From positions 111,292,001 to 111,356,000 of the forward strand of contig NC_058373.1 in the NCBI RefSeq assembly GCF_018350175.1: a stretch of DNA of 64,000 bases. Reading direction: 5' to 3'. Each line of letters opens with the position of its first letter. The first letter of the stretch is position 1. The translations under genes and the position numbers were made by a program. This document shows, in pieces, positions 35,256-47,990 of the stretch. The notes beneath the pieces are model-generated. The model was given only the letters and a program-made list of their open reading frames with translations, did not search any database and was not told the origin of the DNA. This stretch comes from Felis catus. Lineage: Eukaryota.

Positions 35256-35409
35256 GAAAGCTACCTGCCCAAGGTAACTTTATGCTGCAACAGAAATAAT
35301 CCTTGGGGCTAGAGACAGCAATGCTGTACTGAAGTTTCCCAGGCAGCATGGCTCTTGTCTCTATGGAGGCCCTATGAGCCCTCTGCCTCTTTTTGAGGTC
35401 TTCTTTCTT

Positions 35410-35444
35410 AAAGTTTTTTTAATTTTTTAATGTTTATTTTATTT

Positions 35445-35489
<45 letters not shown>

Positions 35490-35647
35490 ACAGGGGGAGG
35501 AACAGAGAGAGAGAGACACACAGAATCTGAAGCAGGCTCCAGCCTCCAAGCTGTCAGCACAGCACGCCGGGCTTGAACTCACAGATCGCGAGATCATGAC
35601 CTGAGCCGAATTCAGATGCTTAACCAACTGAGCAAGCCGGGCGCCCC
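35410..35647 (-). mobile_element. Can-SINE
   Basis: TSD gaggtcttctttctt at 35395-35409 and 35648-35662. Confidence 0.95.
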
Positions 35648-37737
35648 GAGGTCTTCTTTCTTTGACTCACCTACCAGTGACCTGTAAAGCTCAGGACAGT
35701 GTTGGGACCCGAGAGGGAAGTGGTGCACGGTTAGCCTGGCTTCCCCGCTGAGGCCAGTGAGTTGCCTGCAAAGGGGAAGTTCAGCTTGTAGGCCCTTGGG
35801 GTAGGGAAAGAGGCCCTTTCTAACTCCAGAAGTCAGGACATTCTCATTATATTCTATGTAAAGAGACCCCTAGTGTTTTCTGGGCTGACACAGAGAAGGA
35901 CTATTTATTTCTCAGCAATGCTTGTCTGAATTGGCAAGCTTGGGCCGGAGCAGGGAAAAGCAGATCCAAGACAATCATGTGATGGAATTATACCTGCTGA
36001 GATAAAGAACAGTGCAGCTCCCCAAGCAAACATTCTTGCAGACTCTGCATTGCAAACTCTGGCTCAGGAGGCACTGGGCTAATTTGTCTTTTGCCAACTA
36101 ACAGCAAATGGAGGGGGGCAGAGCCTGGCAGTGTCTCCAGATGCCTGGTGATTCCAGGATCGCTCAGACCTCTCCCCTTCCCCACTGCTGTCCTCCCACT
36201 GAGGCCTAAATAACAGGTATGCATTTGCTCCACTTTGTCAAGGAGCAAATCTTTATTTTTCCGAATCAACCGAAATCAAGCTCTGAACCCCCACCTTGGG
36301 CTGACTGGGGTTGTTGGGGGGTGGGGGGAGGGTCCTTTGATATTAATTATTATTGAAATTCCTTCTTCCTCTCCCCTGGGCAGTACTAAAGTCTAGGGGC
36401 CTACTTGGTAACAGAAGAATGCAGCAGGGGTCTGAGATAGTCAATAAAATAGCCACTATTAATATTCCTTCTTTTGTTACAAGATGCAACTATTGGGCTA
36501 AAAGGTTTCCAATATTAGCGTCTACTTTGCCTGCAGGCTCTGCTATAGGCCCTTGTCCAAGTTTTCAGTGTCATATAATTAGAGATTGTTCCTGAGGCAT
36601 TAGGTATGGGCCACGTCTGGGATGGGGGGAGAGTGGAAGGAGCCCTTCCCCCAATAATCTGGGTCAGTGTCTACCCTTCTTCACTATAGATAATTACTAT
36701 TTGCTCCTTCCTTCCCGTGAATATAGAGATAGTTAGAACAGCCTCCACCTCTCCTCAGATTTCTGCCACTAAGACCCTCCTACATAGACACTCTGGAGCC
36801 CTGACTGCCAGGTGCCAACTGTCTCCCCAGACCCTGCTCAAGAGGCACAGGTGTCCACCATTTGAGGACATCTCCCCTTTAATGTCCTCCCAGGCTTGCA
36901 GATTTCAGCTCTGTCCCTCATCCAGGAAGTCTCAGCCTCTCTCCACCCATCCCCACTGCATCCTCTGGGGCACCTTCAGCTTAATTCCTTTTTGGGCTTG
37001 ACCCTTGAATTGTAGAAAAGCTAGTAGCTAACTGCTGCCACTGGCCGAGGCAAAACCAAGAGGTGAGATCACTGAACACAGAACCTTGGCTGATTTGTCA
37101 TGCTAGACGGCCAGTGAAGAGGAACAGAAATTGTTTTTTTTCTTTTTAAAATTTTTTCCTATGGCACAAAGGGAAATAAGCCTGCTTTTATTACCATGCC
37201 TGAAATTCTGCCACCAGAGGCACTCCTTTGGGTGGGCTGTCCTTGTCTCCAAGGGATCCTAAGATGTGTCACCAGGACCTTACTGTAAGGGGTTCATTTG
37301 ACACTGAGGGACAGTGGCAGGTGGGAGGACGTGTGGGGTGGGGAAGGCCTAGCTCTGTCCCACTTCACAGTCGGGTCCAGTAGCTGGCTTTGTGGTTGGT
37401 TATATCAGGTGACACCGACCAGGAAGTCTTCTCTTCTTTCTGTTGAAGATAAACTTGCAAGTTTCCTGTGGTCTGTTAGGTCCACATCCTAGGCAGGTAG
37501 CAAGGTGGGGATTAGCTCGGATATCGAACCACCTGAGAGTTATTGCTGTTTTGTAAGAAATAAAGACCTTCGAGGCCACATTTAGAACGAGCTGGGAATC
37601 GGAACACAGGTTCGCATAACTGGCAGAGGTCTCAACTCACACTGTCAGGGGCAAGCACTGAGATAAAATTCTCATCAGGACTGCCAAGAACCAATAGGCA
37701 TCTCTGGGATCCTATCAGGATTAACAAGCTATAAGCA

Positions 37738-37940
37738 GACTCTGGCTGGAATCAGATTCCTTCACTTACTGTCTGTGTGACCTTGGGGACATGTATTCTG
37801 TGCCTCAGTTTATTATCCCCTAAAGTGGGGATAATAACATCCCTACTCCAGAGAGGTGTTGTGGGGGATTTGTTAGTATATTTCAGCACTTAGAAGAGTG
37901 CCTGGCTCATAACAAGTATCATATAAATTTTAACTGTTGT
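37738..37940 (+). mobile_element. MIR
   Basis: ctgtgtgaccttgggg..tgtgcctcagttt..cacttagaagagtgcctggc. Confidence 0.85.
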
Positions 37941-38206
37941 GGTTACTGTTGTTGACGTTTAAAGCCAGGTGGATCTTAGAGCCAGGAACTTCAGGCAAGC
38001 CTTTGGAGCTGCAACTAGAGATAGTTAATTACACTTGCTCCCAGTTTTTGCCCAGGGCTACAGAGGAGATGATAGCTGTAAAATACCCAGAGTTTCCCTG
38101 GGTGGGGCAGAATACCCAGATTCATCACTAGAACCCAGGTACAAAGGCTTTTACCTTGAGGCATTGCAGCCTAGGACCCTATTCCTATATAGTTGAAATA
38201 TACCCT

Positions 38207-38285
38207 GGGGGCTCCTGGCTGGCTCAGTCAGCAAAGCTTGATCTGGCTTGATTCCTGATCTAGAGCTTACTTAAAAAATGAAAAA
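38207..38285 (+). mobile_element. Truncated short Can-SINE
   Basis: gggggctcctggctggctcagtcagcaaagc..gagcttacttaaaaaa. Confidence 0.7.
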
Positions 38286-38447
38286 GAGGAGGAGGAGGAG
38301 GAGGAGGAGAAATAAGCCCTTAATGGCTATAGGGTAAGGGGCTCTGAAAGGCTTTTGGGTCCCAATACATCTTCATCATGGGCTTGCCTCAATGCCTAGA
38401 ATTGTCTCCAGTGTTTCCAGGATTCTGAAGGGGTTATCCTGTCTGTA

Positions 38448-38645
38448 GCCAGACTGTGTGTGAATCCTGACTGCACTCAATAGCTAAGAATCTTGGAGAA
38501 GTTACTTGATCTGTGCACCTCAGCTTGCTTATCTGTAAAAGTGAGACTAATGATAGCACCATCTTTATAGAGTGTTTGAGAATTACATGAAATAATGTGT
38601 AAAGGTTTGGCCAAGTGCCTGGTACACCCTCAACACTCAGCAACG
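38448..38645 (+). mobile_element. MIR
   Basis: ttggagaagttacttgatctgtgcacctcagcttgcttatctgtaaaag. Confidence 0.85.
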
Positions 38646-38719
38646 GGCAATGATGGTGGATTTGACTAGAGAAAGTATCAATTAGTGATTTCATATTTAT
38701 GAATCCACAAATACTCAAT

Positions 38720-39760
38720 TTTTACAGATCATATAATAAATATTATTAGGTGTACAAAATTGCTGAAAAAGTAACATAGTGAACAACTTTAGACACATCA
38801 TTTAGGTTCAATAGCTGTTTTATTCGTGACTGCCATTTCGCTGTTACTTGTGGGTTTTGTATAGTTACTTTGCTCTTATGTGGGTATTTTTCCCTCAATC
38901 ACTTGAAAGTAAGTTGCAAACATCATGACGCTTCACCGCTAAATACTTCAGCATGTACCTCCTCCGAGTAAACAGATTCTCCTACATAACCCCAATACCA
39001 TTACTACATCTAAAACAATAGGCAATGATTTTTAAATATTACCTAAATATTCACACATTTTCTGTTGTTCCCAAAATGTCTTTTAGTGTTTTCCAACTAT
39101 GAGCCAATCACAGTTTATGCATTCATTGTGTTTGGTTGGCTCTTTCAATCTAGACTATCCTCCCCATCATTCCTTTTTTAGGGATACTGACTTTTGAAGA
39201 GGCCTGTCTTACGTAACGCCCCACATTCTGGATTTGTCTTCCTGTTTGCTTGTAGTGCTGTGAACATTTTCAAAAAGGTTGAAAAAAAAATCTGGAGCTT
39301 GAACTGGAGTCCCCAGGCTGTCCCAGGGACACATAACCCTATTGCCCACAGGAAATGAGGGAGGAAACAAAAAAACAAGGCATATTCTTTTTTTTTTTTT
39401 TGAAACTCGAAACCTGTTCAACACTAACTTCCCATTTTCCGCTCTCTCACTCGCCGCCAGCCACCATTTTACTGTCTGTAAGAATTTCACTGCCTAAGAA
39501 CCGCATATAAGAGGAATCATACAATATTTGTCCTTTTGCTTATTTCACTTAGCATAATGTCTTCAGGGTTCATCCATGTTGTAACCTGTCAAAATTCCCT
39601 TCCTTTTAACAGCTACATATTATTCCCTTGTATGTAGACACCACATTTTGCTTATCGGTTCATCTGTTGATGGACACTTGGGTTGCTTCCATATCTTGGC
39701 TGTTGAATAATGCTATTAAGCACATGGGCGTATGAGTACTTGTTCACATGCCTGCAAAGC
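38720..39760 (-). mobile_element. L1MC- and L1MB-like 3' fragments
   Basis: cacttgaaagtaagttgcaaacatcatgacgcttcacc..ctacataacc; ggaatcatacaatatttgtcctttt..tttcacttagcataatgtcttcagggttcatccatgttgta. Confidence 0.85.
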
Positions 39761-40121
39761 ACACTCACTTTTACCTGTTGTCCCGGGGCTAGGCCTCATG
39801 TGGCCTCTGGCAACTGGTAACTTTAGAAATCATGTTTTGAATCCAGTTTTCCTTTTCACCAGTCTCTCCCTGTTACCAAGAGTCTAACATAAAATGACGT
39901 TTGCAGTTTTGCCATTGTCTGGAGCTTCTAGCCATCGACAGCAACAAGAGAAATCTGGACATCACTCAGAGCAAATATTTCTATACTGTTTATTATGGCA
40001 ACTGTATTGATTATAACATATAATATATATCTGTATTATATTATAATATAAGGTGTGAGAAGCCGAAAGCTCAAAGCCTTTAAAACCACTAAATGTAAAG
40101 GGCCAGAGATGCCCCCCCCCC

Positions 40122-40337
40122 TTTTTTGTTAAGTTTATTTATTAGAGAGAGAGAGAAAGAGAGAGCAAATGCGGGAGGGGTAGAGAGAGAGAGAGGGAGA
40201 GAGAGAGAATCCCAAGCAGGCTCTGCACTGTCAGTGTGGAACCCGACGTGGGGCTCGAACTCACAAGCCGTGAGATTGTGACCTGAGCCAAGATCAAGAG
40301 TCCGATGCTTAACTGACTGAGGCACCCAGATGCCCCC
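40122..40337 (-). mobile_element. Can-SINE
   Basis: Canonical structure; TSD-like agatgccc on both sides. Confidence 0.93.
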
Positions 40338-40998
40338 ACAGATGCCCTTTGAAACCAACTTAATGAATTTTTAATCTGTTAGGCTTCCATACTTTAGGGA
40401 GCTCCCTTATTAAAGGTATTTATTCCAAGTCTCCAAATTAACATGCGTGACTTACATTTAGCTACCCATAAACTATGAGAGGAAGCAAGGCAAAGTAGAA
40501 CAAATGAACTCTGAACTGGATGATCATGAGATGGGATCCAGTATCTGAGTGCTATTGATAACCATGCGACCTGGGACAAAGCCTCAATCGTACTGTCAGT
40601 GCCTCAGTTCTCTCATCTGTCAAATGGGAGGTTGGCTTATAGCCCTCAAATGCTATGATTGCCTGAGCTACATTTTACTTATTTGCAGAAATCAGTAGTA
40701 GGGGGACAAGTGAGGAGAAGGGAAAGCTCTTAGATCGAGTCCTAGTTTCTTCACAAATGAGTTGGGTGATCTTCCGTAGATCTCTCCATTTTATAAGTCT
40801 AAACTTTCTCACTTGCAAAATGGGGATGATAACTATTGCAGGGCAGTGGTGAAGATTATAAATAATGAAGGACGGTCAAAGGGCTTCGTATTTTTAAGGT
40901 GCTATAGGGTCACATGAGCATGGTTATATGGAGGATTTTAAGCCATCAAGAGTGCTGCAAACGTAAGGGATTACTACAGAAGTAAGGACACCATTCTT

Positions 40999-41222
40999 TT
41001 AAAAAAATTGTTTTAAATGTTTATTTGTTTTTGAGAGAGAGAGAGAGAGATACGCAGTGCAAGCAAGGGAAGAGGGCAGAGACAGAGACACAGAATCTGA
41101 AGTAGGCTCCAGGCTCTGAGCTGTCGGCACAGAGCCCAACGCGGGGCTCGAACTCACAAACCGCGAGATCATGACCTGAGCTGAAGTCCGAGGCGTAACT
41201 GACTGAACCACCCAGGCACCCC
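40999..41222 (-). mobile_element. Can-SINE
   Basis: TSD agaagtaaggacac[c/t]attctt at about 40978-40998 and 41224-41244. Confidence 0.95.
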
Positions 41223-41894
41223 GAGAAGTAAGGACACTATTCTTAGCAGCTCATTTACATTTCTACAAACTCACAGTAATGTACACTAAAATAGATTATG
41301 ATTTCTGCTGTGCCCCTTTTGCCAAGAATCCATTCTCTGTTGGAACTGGGTATTTCCTTCAATTGCTTTGGATGTTTTGGTAGATCCTCCCCCATCCTTA
41401 CTTTATAGACTTTCAACAGCTGTTTGAAAATGGTTTCTTTGTTTTGCTCTGGAACTTGTTGCAGCATATCTTGTTTCCACAGCCCTCCAGCCTGCCATGG
41501 AGCTTCGGTCCTGCCAGTTGTGATGACTCCGAAGGTCTTTGTCAGTTCCTTTTAGTCCTGGAACACTTGATCAGCTAGTTGGGTTGCATGTCACTTTAAC
41601 CACTGAAGAGCAGGTTCCCAGGCTTTGCAGTATTTTACAATCTGCAATTTAGTTATGATTATTTCAACAAGTGTTCCTCACCAGAGCTTTAAATAGGCCT
41701 CATTAATGTTTGTTCCGGCTTCACTTTACAACCACCCGATCCTCTCTTCTAAGGAACTCCTTGTGTTTCCGGATCAAAGGGAGACTATTTGAGAAAAAGA
41801 ATATAGGAATAGATGTGCTCAGAAGTGAGCTAATGGCTCAATGGATTACACATTTGTTTAGAGTTAAGGAAGGTATGCCAGACTAAATAATTAG

Positions 41895-42090
41895 TCTGCA
41901 TAAAAATTGCCTGGAACTCACCATAAAAATGCAGATTTCTGGACTCTGACCCCGGAGGTCCTCTGATTAAGGATTTCTGGGGTGGGTCATTTTGTTTTAT
42001 TTTTATTTTATTTTTCCCACCCAAGGGTCATTTTAAAGGTGCTTCCAGGTGATTTTGATGCAGGGCTCCACATTTTAAAAACCTGGTGGA
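41895..42090 (+). mobile_element. MER5-like hAT fragment
   Basis: aaaatgcagatttctggactc..cttccaggtgattttgatgcag. Confidence 0.7.
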
Positions 42091-42799
42091 GAGAGCACCG
42101 TTCTCTTACTGTTTTAAGCAAGTTGACTCAAGATAAGCTGCAAACTTACTGCGCTCAGTCTCCATGTTCATAAATGGCCGTGAAAGCAGTAGCTGCCCTC
42201 CCAACCTCACAGGTTTGAAATGGGAGTAAAATGAGATAACAGATCCAGAACCATTTTGAAAGAGCTCACACCAGGGCCAGGCAGCCTCATCTTTCTCAGC
42301 ATTCTCTTGCCCCAAGGGAGCAGACCCCAGCTGGCAGGATCCTGCCCTTACCCCACTAGGCATTTGCACATATGCACTTGATGGGAGGGAAGCCCTTGAC
42401 CTGCCTTTGTCTACTTGGGTCAGACTGGCTCACCTAGGTTTATGCTCTTCTTAATAGAGCACTGTAGGACCACACACATTTCTGTCTCAAAATCTTGGCA
42501 AAAAGGCACCTGGGATGACCCTCCTATAGGCCCAGGTCCTCCTTGAAATCTAGGTACATCTGCATCACTAATGATCCCTTTAATCTAATTTTCTACCATA
42601 TCACATCATTTCTGGGCCACACAGGTCTTCTCTTTGCACCAGGGCTGGCCCCTGAGGGTTTGCGGTCCACACCCAGCCCTCATGCTTTGGCTGTGTTCCC
42701 AGGTACAGTATGTACCTTTTGAAGTTTAGAGTGATCCTTCACATTAGTCTTTTCTTCCTCCCTCTGTTCTAATCCCTTTGGCAAGAACCTTTCCAGGGT

Positions 42800-42831
42800 A
42801 TTCTGTTCTATTCTATTCTATTCTATTCTAC
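42800..42831. repeat. (TATTC)n pentanucleotide repeat
   Basis: Seen directly in the sequence. Confidence 0.9.
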
Positions 42832-43965
42832 CATTTTTGGCCACATTCAGCTTGGGGTAAAATAATGGGAGTATCATTTCCAGTTAAAGCACTCTGCCCT
42901 TCTCTCTTTCAGCTATATTGGGCAGGGCCCTCAACCGCTGAGGCTTTTGTTAAATAGTCAGCACTTTTTGAGCATTCACAGGTGTTCTGCAGAGCAAAGA
43001 GGGGCATGACTCCCCTCCTAAGGCCTAATTCTTCCTCTTGCTCTCTTGCTCTGATTCCTTCACTTGTTCAGTCCAGAGATGATCCTCGGGCAGCCAGTAC
43101 GTGCCACACATCAGAGAGACAACATAAGACAGACAGTATTCCTACCCTTATCGAGTTTATGTTCTAATGGGGAAGACAGAATTAATAAAGTGAGGAAGAA
43201 CATTGAAGGTAGTGGTAAACATGACAAAACGACCCACTGTAGTGTTATGCAGAGTAAATGGGGCTGGCGAATTGCTATTCTAGATGAGAAGTCAGGAAAG
43301 GCATCTCTGAGGAAGTGATATATGAAAAAGAGACTTGAGTGTACCAGCCTTGGAAGGATTGGGCCCTGAAAAGCTGTTACAGGAGTTTTCCCCTTGATGG
43401 TTTCTGTGTTATTTTGCCAAGAAAAGAAATCCTTAGAAAATGTTATGCTCTATGATGACATTATGAAGATTATTGCTAGTATATATACAACAGTCCACCA
43501 GAATGAGTACTCAGCATATGCCCTGCCACAGCTCTGGGTCCCTTCTCAAAGGACCACTCTGGTCAGTGGTGGCAGAGAAGCCATAGGATCCCTCAGAGTA
43601 GACTCCTGAAAAGGCCAACTTTATCCAGTTAAATTAAGCACTTGATGAAAATGTTAAGCTTTTAGAGCCCTGGGAGAGGTTCCTATCCTTCAAAATATCC
43701 TGGGCTTTCCAACTGCATCCTGGAGACTGAGAGTCTTTCTAACCAGTCGTTCATTCTATAGCCAGTTAAAAAGGCTTCTCTGCATTATCCTCAGGAGAAC
43801 TGGCATACCCACTATGGCTCGAAAGAGGATTCGGACTCTTTCTTTAAGAGCAAGGGGGGCAAGGAAGAAACATGTGTTAGAGAGAACTAGAAGAGGAAAG
43901 TTGGGGGAAAGGGTAGAGCTAAAGAAAGGGGAAATCGAAGGAAGGAAGGGCTATGTGTCCTTGAG

Positions 43966-44008
<43 letters not shown>

Positions 44009-44172
44009 TTGAGAGAGCACACGAGCAGGGCAGGGACAGAGAGAGAATCCCAAGCAGGCTCTGTGCTGTCAGTGCAGAGCCCAATGCTGGGGTTGATCTC
44101 AGGAACATGAGATCATGACCTGAGCCGAAGTCAAGAGTTGGACACTTAACCTACTGAGCCACCCAGGTGCCT
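43966..44172 (-). mobile_element. Can-SINE with (TTTA)n tail
   Basis: Canonical structure. Confidence 0.93.
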
Positions 44173-44399
44173 GACAATTTATTGAATCTCTAAGAACAGT
44201 AGCTTCTCTAGGCTTCTCCAGAGCTTGAGGAATTTGGGCACACTTGGAGTTGGGCAGAGGGGTTGGCTATGGCTGTTGTCTACCCCTTCCGCCCTTTCCT
44301 TCCTTCGTTTCAGAAGGTGGATTTCCCCATGGGAGGGAGCTGTGTGTATCAGAGACCATTTGCTTCAGAGTAAGTGTGAAGGGAAGGCCTGAATAATTA

Positions 44400-44555
44400 A
44401 TAGAGGAAGCTGGTAGAAAAGTGACATCTCATTATGCAAATGATTCTTCATCTTTAAGAATGAGCCTAGTGGGTAAGAAAGTATTAATGGGGTGAAACTT
44501 CCATTAGATGTGACTACCATCACCTGTCATTCCCACGGGAGGGCTGTGTGACGTC
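44400..44555. promoter_or_regulatory. Candidate enhancer with ETS, octamer, E-box and EBF/RBPJ motifs
   Basis: AGAGGAAG 44402-44409, ATGCAAAT 44434-44441, CACCTG 44521-44526, ATTCCCACGGGA 44529-44540, TGACGT 44549-44554, in sequence where I recognise no repeat; motif evidence only. Confidence 0.35.
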
Positions 44556-45404
44556 TAACTGAGCAAGAGATGGGATCAGGTGGGTTAGGGGTGGGAATGT
44601 AGATGGGTCCTTCCAGCACTGAGCAGCCTACCCTCATGTTACCCCAGAGCCCCAATTGGAAGGGTGGAAAGAATGGGGAAAAGAGATGGGGGGAAAAGTT
44701 CTGAAGAGTTCTGTGGACTAGTTCAATGACTGTTTAGAATAATAAAGTAACCCAAATAAATCCTGAGGTTCTCAGGAGGCTCAGTTTCCCAGAATCATAA
44801 TCAAAGAAGGTAATCCCAGAGCCAAGAAGAAATGAAACCTGTATTCTAATCTTTAGAGATGCAAATCTGTCAAAGAATGCTAAAGGGGATCTGATTTATA
44901 AACCCAGAGGACACTCCTTAAATTCCCTTTTCTCTCCTCCTCAATCTGCATCTGACAGAGACTTTTACCACCAAATCCCTCAAATTGTCCTCAATCCCCA
45001 GGCATGTGTTTATGCCCCCTCTTGCTCACCCCTTCTTCTTCCTCCTGCCTCTCCAATCCATTTCTTTCCATCTCCCAGCTCTGCACAACCAAAGCTTACA
45101 AATTGATTTGGAAAAGACAAGACTGTTCCTTAGAGCAGTGCCGGTGCAGTGCAAATATAATGTGAGCCACTTACATAACTTAAAATTTGCTGGTAGCTAC
45201 ATTTGAAAAGGTAAAAAGAAACAAGTGAAATTAATGTTAATAATATATTTAACCCAGTATGTCCAAAATACTATTATTTCAACGTGTAAACGATATATAA
45301 ATTATCAGGGGGAGATATTTGACATTTTTCTCATACTGTATTTTTGAAATCCAGTGTGTATTTTACACTTATGTTAACACTTCCTTTATACTTTGTTTTA
45401 TTTT

Positions 45405-45613
45405 CTTAAAAATTTTTTTTGGTGTTTATTTATTTTTGACAGAGAGACAGAGCGCAAGCAGGGAAGGGGCAGAGAGAGAGGGAGACACAGAATCCGAAGC
45501 AGGCTCCAGGCTCTGAGCCATCAGCCCTGATGCAGGACTTGAACTCACAAACCACGAGATCATGACCTGAGCCAAAGTCGGATACTTAACTGACTGCGCC
45601 ACCCAGGTGCCCC
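45405..45613 (-). mobile_element. Can-SINE
   Basis: Canonical structure, head-to-head with the next copy. Confidence 0.95.
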
Positions 45614-45647
45614 TTTTTACACTTTATTTTAAAATGGACTGACCACA

Positions 45648-45870
45648 GGGGCGCCTGGGTGGCGCAGTCGGTTAAGCGTCCGACTTCAGCCAGGTCACGA
45701 TCTCGCGGTCTGGGAGTTCGAGCCCCGCGTCAGGCTCTGGGCTGATGGCTCAGAGCCTAGAGCCTGTTTCCGATTCTGTGTCTCCCTCTCTCTCTGCCCC
45801 TCCCCCGTTCATGCTCTGTCTCTCTCTGTCCCAAAAATAAATAAACGTTGAAAAAAAAATTTTAAAAAAA
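45648..45870 (+). mobile_element. Young felid Can-SINE (SINEC_Fc-like)
   Basis: CpG-rich head ggtggcgcagtcggttaagcgtccgacttcagccaggtcacg; perfect 18-bp TSD taaaatggactgaccaca at 45630-45647 and 45871-45888. Confidence 0.96.
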
Positions 45871-46214
45871 TAAAATGGACTGACCACATTTCAAATGCTT
45901 ACAGCCACATGTGGCTAGTGGCCATATTGGACAATGCAACCTTTTAGGTTAGGTGAATGGGCAAGGAAAGGGAGAGACAGGGGCCCCAAATACAACGACA
46001 TGGCCTGGTTCATGAAGGCATTTTCAGAAGTTGGTACAATAGCAAAACGATAAGAATAAGGGTAGTGTGCTGAGTTCTACTTAGAAACAAATGTATTCAG
46101 TTTCTGAGTTGTGAGATTGTGAGGTGCTCCTCACAGAAATAATCATTTATGAAATGATAATAATAATTGATGGTACTCTTATTCTTCTTAATGTCATTCT
46201 GTGGCTATATAAAA

Positions 46215-46426
46215 GGTGGTGACTGGGGTGACTCAGTCGGTTAAGCATCTGACCTCAGTTCAGGTCATGATCTCGGGGTTTGTGGGTTCAAGCCCTTCAT
46301 TGGGCTCTGTGCTGACAGCTGAGAGCCTGTATCCTGCTTCAGATTCTGTGTCTCCCTCTTTCTCTGCCCCTCCCCCGCTCACACTGTGTCTCTTCCTCTC
46401 TCTCAAAAATAAACATTAAAAAAAAA
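46215..46426 (+). mobile_element. Can-SINE
   Basis: Canonical structure. Confidence 0.93.
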
Positions 46427-46529
46427 GTGTTTTATTGGACCATTAAATCCAAATGTCAGGAAACCACTGTTTATAGCCCGTCTTTTATATACATTAGCCC
46501 ATTGAATTATCCTTACAATTGCATGATAT

Positions 46530-47200
46530 ATTTGCTGTTTTTTGTTTGTTTTGAAATAATCACATACTTTCAAAAAAGTTGCAACTATAGTGTATATAAC
46601 TTTTTCTCCCTGAACCATTGAGTGTAAACTGTTGATTTGATGCTCCATCATCCTCCATATTTTATTGTGTATTTCCTACAAACATGGACATAACCTACAA
46701 ATCCACAATACAGTTACGGAAATCAGGAAGTTATATTACTATTACCCAATAGTTAGATCCCATTTAGGTTTGAACAGTTGTCTTGATAATATCTTCAGTC
46801 TCCTTCAGTCTAGAGGAGTTCCTCAGTCTGACTTAACATGATCGTGGCACATTGGAAAATAACAGGCCAGTTATTTCATAATGACTAAGTAGTTAGTGGG
46901 GAGTTAATTTAAAATTATGCAAGTATCCCATTTCTCATCAAACTTTTACGTTACTCATTAAGTATTTGGATGCTTAAATTGTCCCCAGTGAAAGTCCTTT
47001 CAGGTTGTTTTCTGTGTCCTTTTGACACATCCCCATCATTCTTTAAGCACTTTTTTGCCTTCCAGCACATCTTTTCCGGGTTCATCTTGTACTTTTCCTA
47101 CCTGGTGCTGGAGTATTCCACCATGGATATCTTCCTCATCCTCCTTGAGCTCCAACACCCCATGCCAGGACTCCTTTATTTATCTTCCAAGTCTTACAGT
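46530..47200 (-). mobile_element. L1MC-like 3' fragments
   Basis: ccctgaaccattgagtgtaaactg..gtgtatttcctacaaacatggaca..gaaatcaggaagtt. Confidence 0.75.
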
Positions 47201-47290
47201 AAATTTTTAATTTCAAAAATCATTATTTTCAATTTCTGAGAGTTTGCTCATTTTCTGAACTTTTTTCCTTCTTTGTTCCCTTCCTTTCTT

Positions 47291-47319
47291 CTTTTTTTTA
47301 AAGTGTATTATTTATTTTT

Positions 47320-47351
<32 letters not shown>

Positions 47352-47811
47352 GTGGGGGAGAGGCAGAGAGAGAGGGAGAGAGGGAATCCCAAGCAGTCTC
47401 TGCACCATCAATGTAGAGCCTGATTTGGGGCTTGAACTCAGGAACCATGAGATCATGACCTGAGCCAAAATCAAGAGTTGGCCACTTAATTGACTGAGCC
47501 ACCCAGGCGCCCCTCTTCTTTTTTAATAGAATGCTGTTCTTGTTTCATGGAAGCAATTTTTCTCTTATCTCTCTGATGATATTCATTCTTTTTTTTAAGT
47601 TCATCCATTTATTTTGAGAGAGAGTGCACATATGAAAGTTGGGGGAAGGGAGTGGGGGCAGAGAGAGAGAGAGGGAGAGAGAGAATCTCAAGCAGGCTCT
47701 GCACTACCAGTGTGGAGCTCCACACAGGGCTTGATCCCATGACCATGAGCTCATGACCAGAGCCGAAACCAAGAATCAGACACTCAACTGGCAGAGTCAC
47801 CCAAGTACTCC
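47291..47811 (-). mobile_element. Two Can-SINEs (about 47291-47513 and 47587-47811)
   Basis: Two canonical antisense copies within old L1-like sequence. Confidence 0.93.
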
Positions 47812-47990
47812 TGATGATAGTCATTCTTGCTCATTTAGTTTTCTCCTGTTTCATTCATTGTTAGTTGGTTTTGGCCTCTCTTCTGTCTTTCATGTCGGAG
47901 GCCTTTCTCACACATCTGGTGTTTCTTGACCTTTGTTTCTATATAAGCATGAGGCACTGAGAGGCTAACTAGAACTTGGGGTGGCGGGCA

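Larger units (their letters stand above)
45133..45938 (+). mobile_element. MER33 (hAT-Charlie), near full length, interrupted by two Can-SINEs
   Basis: aaatataatgtgagccac..aaatttgctggtagctacatt..; 3' end ccacatttcaaatgcttacagccacatgtggctagtggccatattggacaatgca. Confidence 0.88.

Noticed and set aside
37640..37700. CUGAUGAG on the minus strand resembling a hammerhead ribozyme core
   Set aside because: No GAAA after the putative stem II and no stems I/III with an NUH site.
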